From: Macrostomum lignano
Taxonomy: Eukaryota
DNA: 64,000 nt
Reading direction: 5' to 3'
Assembly (NCBI GenBank): GCA_002269645.1
Contig: NIVC01000020.1
Coordinates: 1,054,001-1,118,000, forward strand
Both the position numbers and the translations under genes were made by a program. This document shows, in pieces, positions 61,700 through 64,000 of the stretch. Under the pieces are notes generated by a model. It did no database searches. It was not told the DNA's origin and was given only the letters and a program-made list of their open reading frames with translations. Every line of letters starts with the position of its first letter. Position 1 is the first letter of the stretch.

Positions 61700-63708
61700 G
61701 GGGGACACTGTTATCCCATTGCTGCCTGCAGGTGGGATCTGGCGGGGACACTGTTATCCCATTGCTGCCTGCAGGTGGGATCTGGCGGGGACACTGTTAT
61801 CCCATTGCTGCCTGCAGGTGGGATCTGGCGGGGACACTGTTATCCCATTGCTGCCTGCAGGTGGGATCTGGCGGGGACACTGTTATCCCATTGCTGCCTG
61901 CAGGTGGGATCTGGCGGGGACACTGTTATCCCATTGCTGCCTGCAGGTGGGGACACTGTTATCCCATTGCTGCCTGCAGGTGGGATCTGGCGGGGACACT
62001 GTTATCCCATTGCTGCCTGCAGGTGGGATCTGGCGGGGACACTGTTATCCCATTGCTGCCTGCAGGTGGGATCTGGCGGGGACACTGTTATCCCATTGCT
62101 GCCTGCAGGTGGGATCTGGCGGGGACACTGTTATCCCATTGCTGCCTACAGGTGGGATCTGGCGGGGACACTGTTATCCCATTGCTGCCTGCAGGTGGGA
62201 TCTGGCGGGGACACTGTTATCCCATTGCTGCCTGCAGGTGGGATCTGGTGGGGACACTGTTATCCCATTGCTGCCTGCAGGTGGGATCTGGCGGGGACAC
62301 TGTTATCCCATTGCTGCCTACAGGTGGGATCTGGCGGGGACACTGTTATCCCATTGCTGCCTGCAGGTGGGATCTGGCGGGGACACTGTTATCCCATTGC
62401 TGCCTGCAGGTGGGATCTGGTGGGGACACTGTTATCCCATTGCTGCCTGCAGGTGGGATCTGGCGGGGACACTGTTATCCCATTGCTGCCTGCAGGTGGG
62501 ATCTGGCGGGGACACTGTTATCCCATTGCTGCCTGCAGGTGGGATCTGGCGGGGACACTGTTATCCCATTGCTGCCTGCAGGTGGGATCTGGCGGGGACA
62601 CTGTTATCCCATTGCTGCCTACAGGTGGGATCTGGCGGGGACACTGTTATCCCATTGCTGCCTGCAGGTGGGATCTGGCGGGGACACTGTTATCCCATTG
62701 CTGCCTGCAGGTGGGATCTGGCGGGGACACTGTTATCCCATTGCTGCCTGCAGGTGGAATCTGGCGGGGACACTGTTATCCCATTGCTGCCTGCAGGTGG
62801 GATCTGGCGGGGACACTGTTATCCCATTGCTGCCTGCAGGTGGGATCTGGCGGGGACACTGTTATCCCATTGCTGCCTACAGGTGGGATCTGGCGGGGAC
62901 ACTGTTATCCCATTGCTGCCTGCAGGTGGGATCTGGCGGGGACACTGTTATCCCATTGCTGCCTACAGGTGGGATCTGGCGGGGACACTGTTATCCCATT
63001 GCTGCCTGCAGGTGGGATCTGGCGGGGACACTGTTATCCCATTGCTGCCTACAGGTGGGATCTGGCGGGGACACTGTTATCCCATTGCTGCCTGCAGGTG
63101 GGATCTGGCGGGGACACTGTTATCCCATTGCTGCCTACAGGTGGGATCTGGCGGGGACACTGTTATCCCATTGCTGCCTGCAGGTGGGATCTGGCGGGGA
63201 CACTGTTATCCCATTGCTGCCTGCAGGTGGGATCTGGCGGGGACACTGTTATCCCATTGCTGCCTGCAGGTGGGATCTGGTGGGGACACTGTTATCCCAT
63301 TGCTGCCTGCAGGTGGGATCTGGTGGGGACACTGTTATCCCATTGCTGCCTGCAGGTGGGATCTGGCGGGGACACTGTTATCCCATTGCTGCCTGCAGGT
63401 GGGAACTGGCGGGGACACTGTTATCCCATTGCTGCCTGCAGGTGGGATCTGGCGGGGACACTGTTATCCCATTGCTGCCTGCAGGTGGGGACACTGTTAT
63501 CCCATTGCTGCCTGCAGGTGGGATCTGGCGGGGACACTGTTATCCCATTGCTGCCTGCAGGTGGGATCTGGCGGGGACACTGTTATCCCATTGCTGCCTG
63601 CAGGTGGGATCTGGCGGGGACACTGTTATCCCATTGCTGCCTGCAGGTGGGATCTGGCCGGGACACTGTTATCCCATTGCTGCCTGCAGGTGGGATCCGG
63701 CGGGGACA
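61700..63708. repeat. 43-bp intronic minisatellite, ~46 highly homogeneous copies
   Basis: Unit ggcggggacactgttatcccattgctgcctgcaggtgggatct; explains the 668-872-aa spurious ORFs. Confidence 0.97.
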
Positions 63709-64000
63709 CAAGGAAATTTTTATAAACCGCTCCCCTAATTCCAAGGGTTAGGGGAAATCCACCGGTGATCCGCGGGATAATCATTGTGTTCCCCATCGCC
63801 TGGGAAGCCGCTATTACGCGCGATGAAATGCTAAACTGAAAATAAAGATGCTGCAAGCAACGACATTAATTTATTGGTATTAAAATCTAGCATTTGAGAA
63901 ATTAAACAACAATCAGACACCCCGCGAGTACTGCTCAGGGCTGGCGGATCTTTGAGTGCAATCGGACTAATTTAACACAAGGTAATAATGGAGTGCGTAT

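Noticed and set aside
61120-63751. 668-872-aa ORFs
   Set aside because: Artefacts of the 43-bp array, antisense to golgin-97 and lying in its intron.

Overview
Eukaryotic (metazoan) genomic DNA: GC-rich spliced coding exons, with long introns often filled by intron-private minisatellites. This style is reminiscent of the flatworm Macrostomum, which is an inference and not verified. Host genes: (1) the 3' part of a gene whose penultimate coding position is a tandem ARRAY OF AT LEAST FIVE HOMOLOGOUS, SAME-PHASE ALTERNATIVE EXONS (42-1439; probably more upstream of the window), followed by one constant last exon (2699-3067); (2) a complete 5-exon paralog of it with a single exon at that position (4595-7380), both resembling C14orf93/DUF4616-type proteins; (3) a LIV-1-type ZIP/SLC39 metal transporter (12177-17353); (4) three tandem intronless apolipoprotein-L-like/hydrophobic-hairpin coiled-coil genes (18583-26981, minus); (5) a secreted PAN/apple + C-type lectin with one in-frame TAG (42552-43283); (6) a KChIP/NCS EF-hand gene (minus); (7) golgin-97 (GRIP domain, minus, 5' end outside the window). 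Mobile DNA: a P-element/THAP deletion derivative with 67-bp TIRs and an 8-bp TSD; a nested stack (mariner > Ty3/gypsy > SINE/satellite cassette with 14-bp TSD + foldback MITE with 9-bp TSD); a gypsy gag-pol -1 frameshift signal with an H-type pseudoknot; tRNA-derived SINEs; and Tc1/mariner and gypsy relics. The most striking candidate novelty is the Dscam-like mutually exclusive exon array at the start of the window. All coordinates were read by hand; repeat boundaries are approximate.
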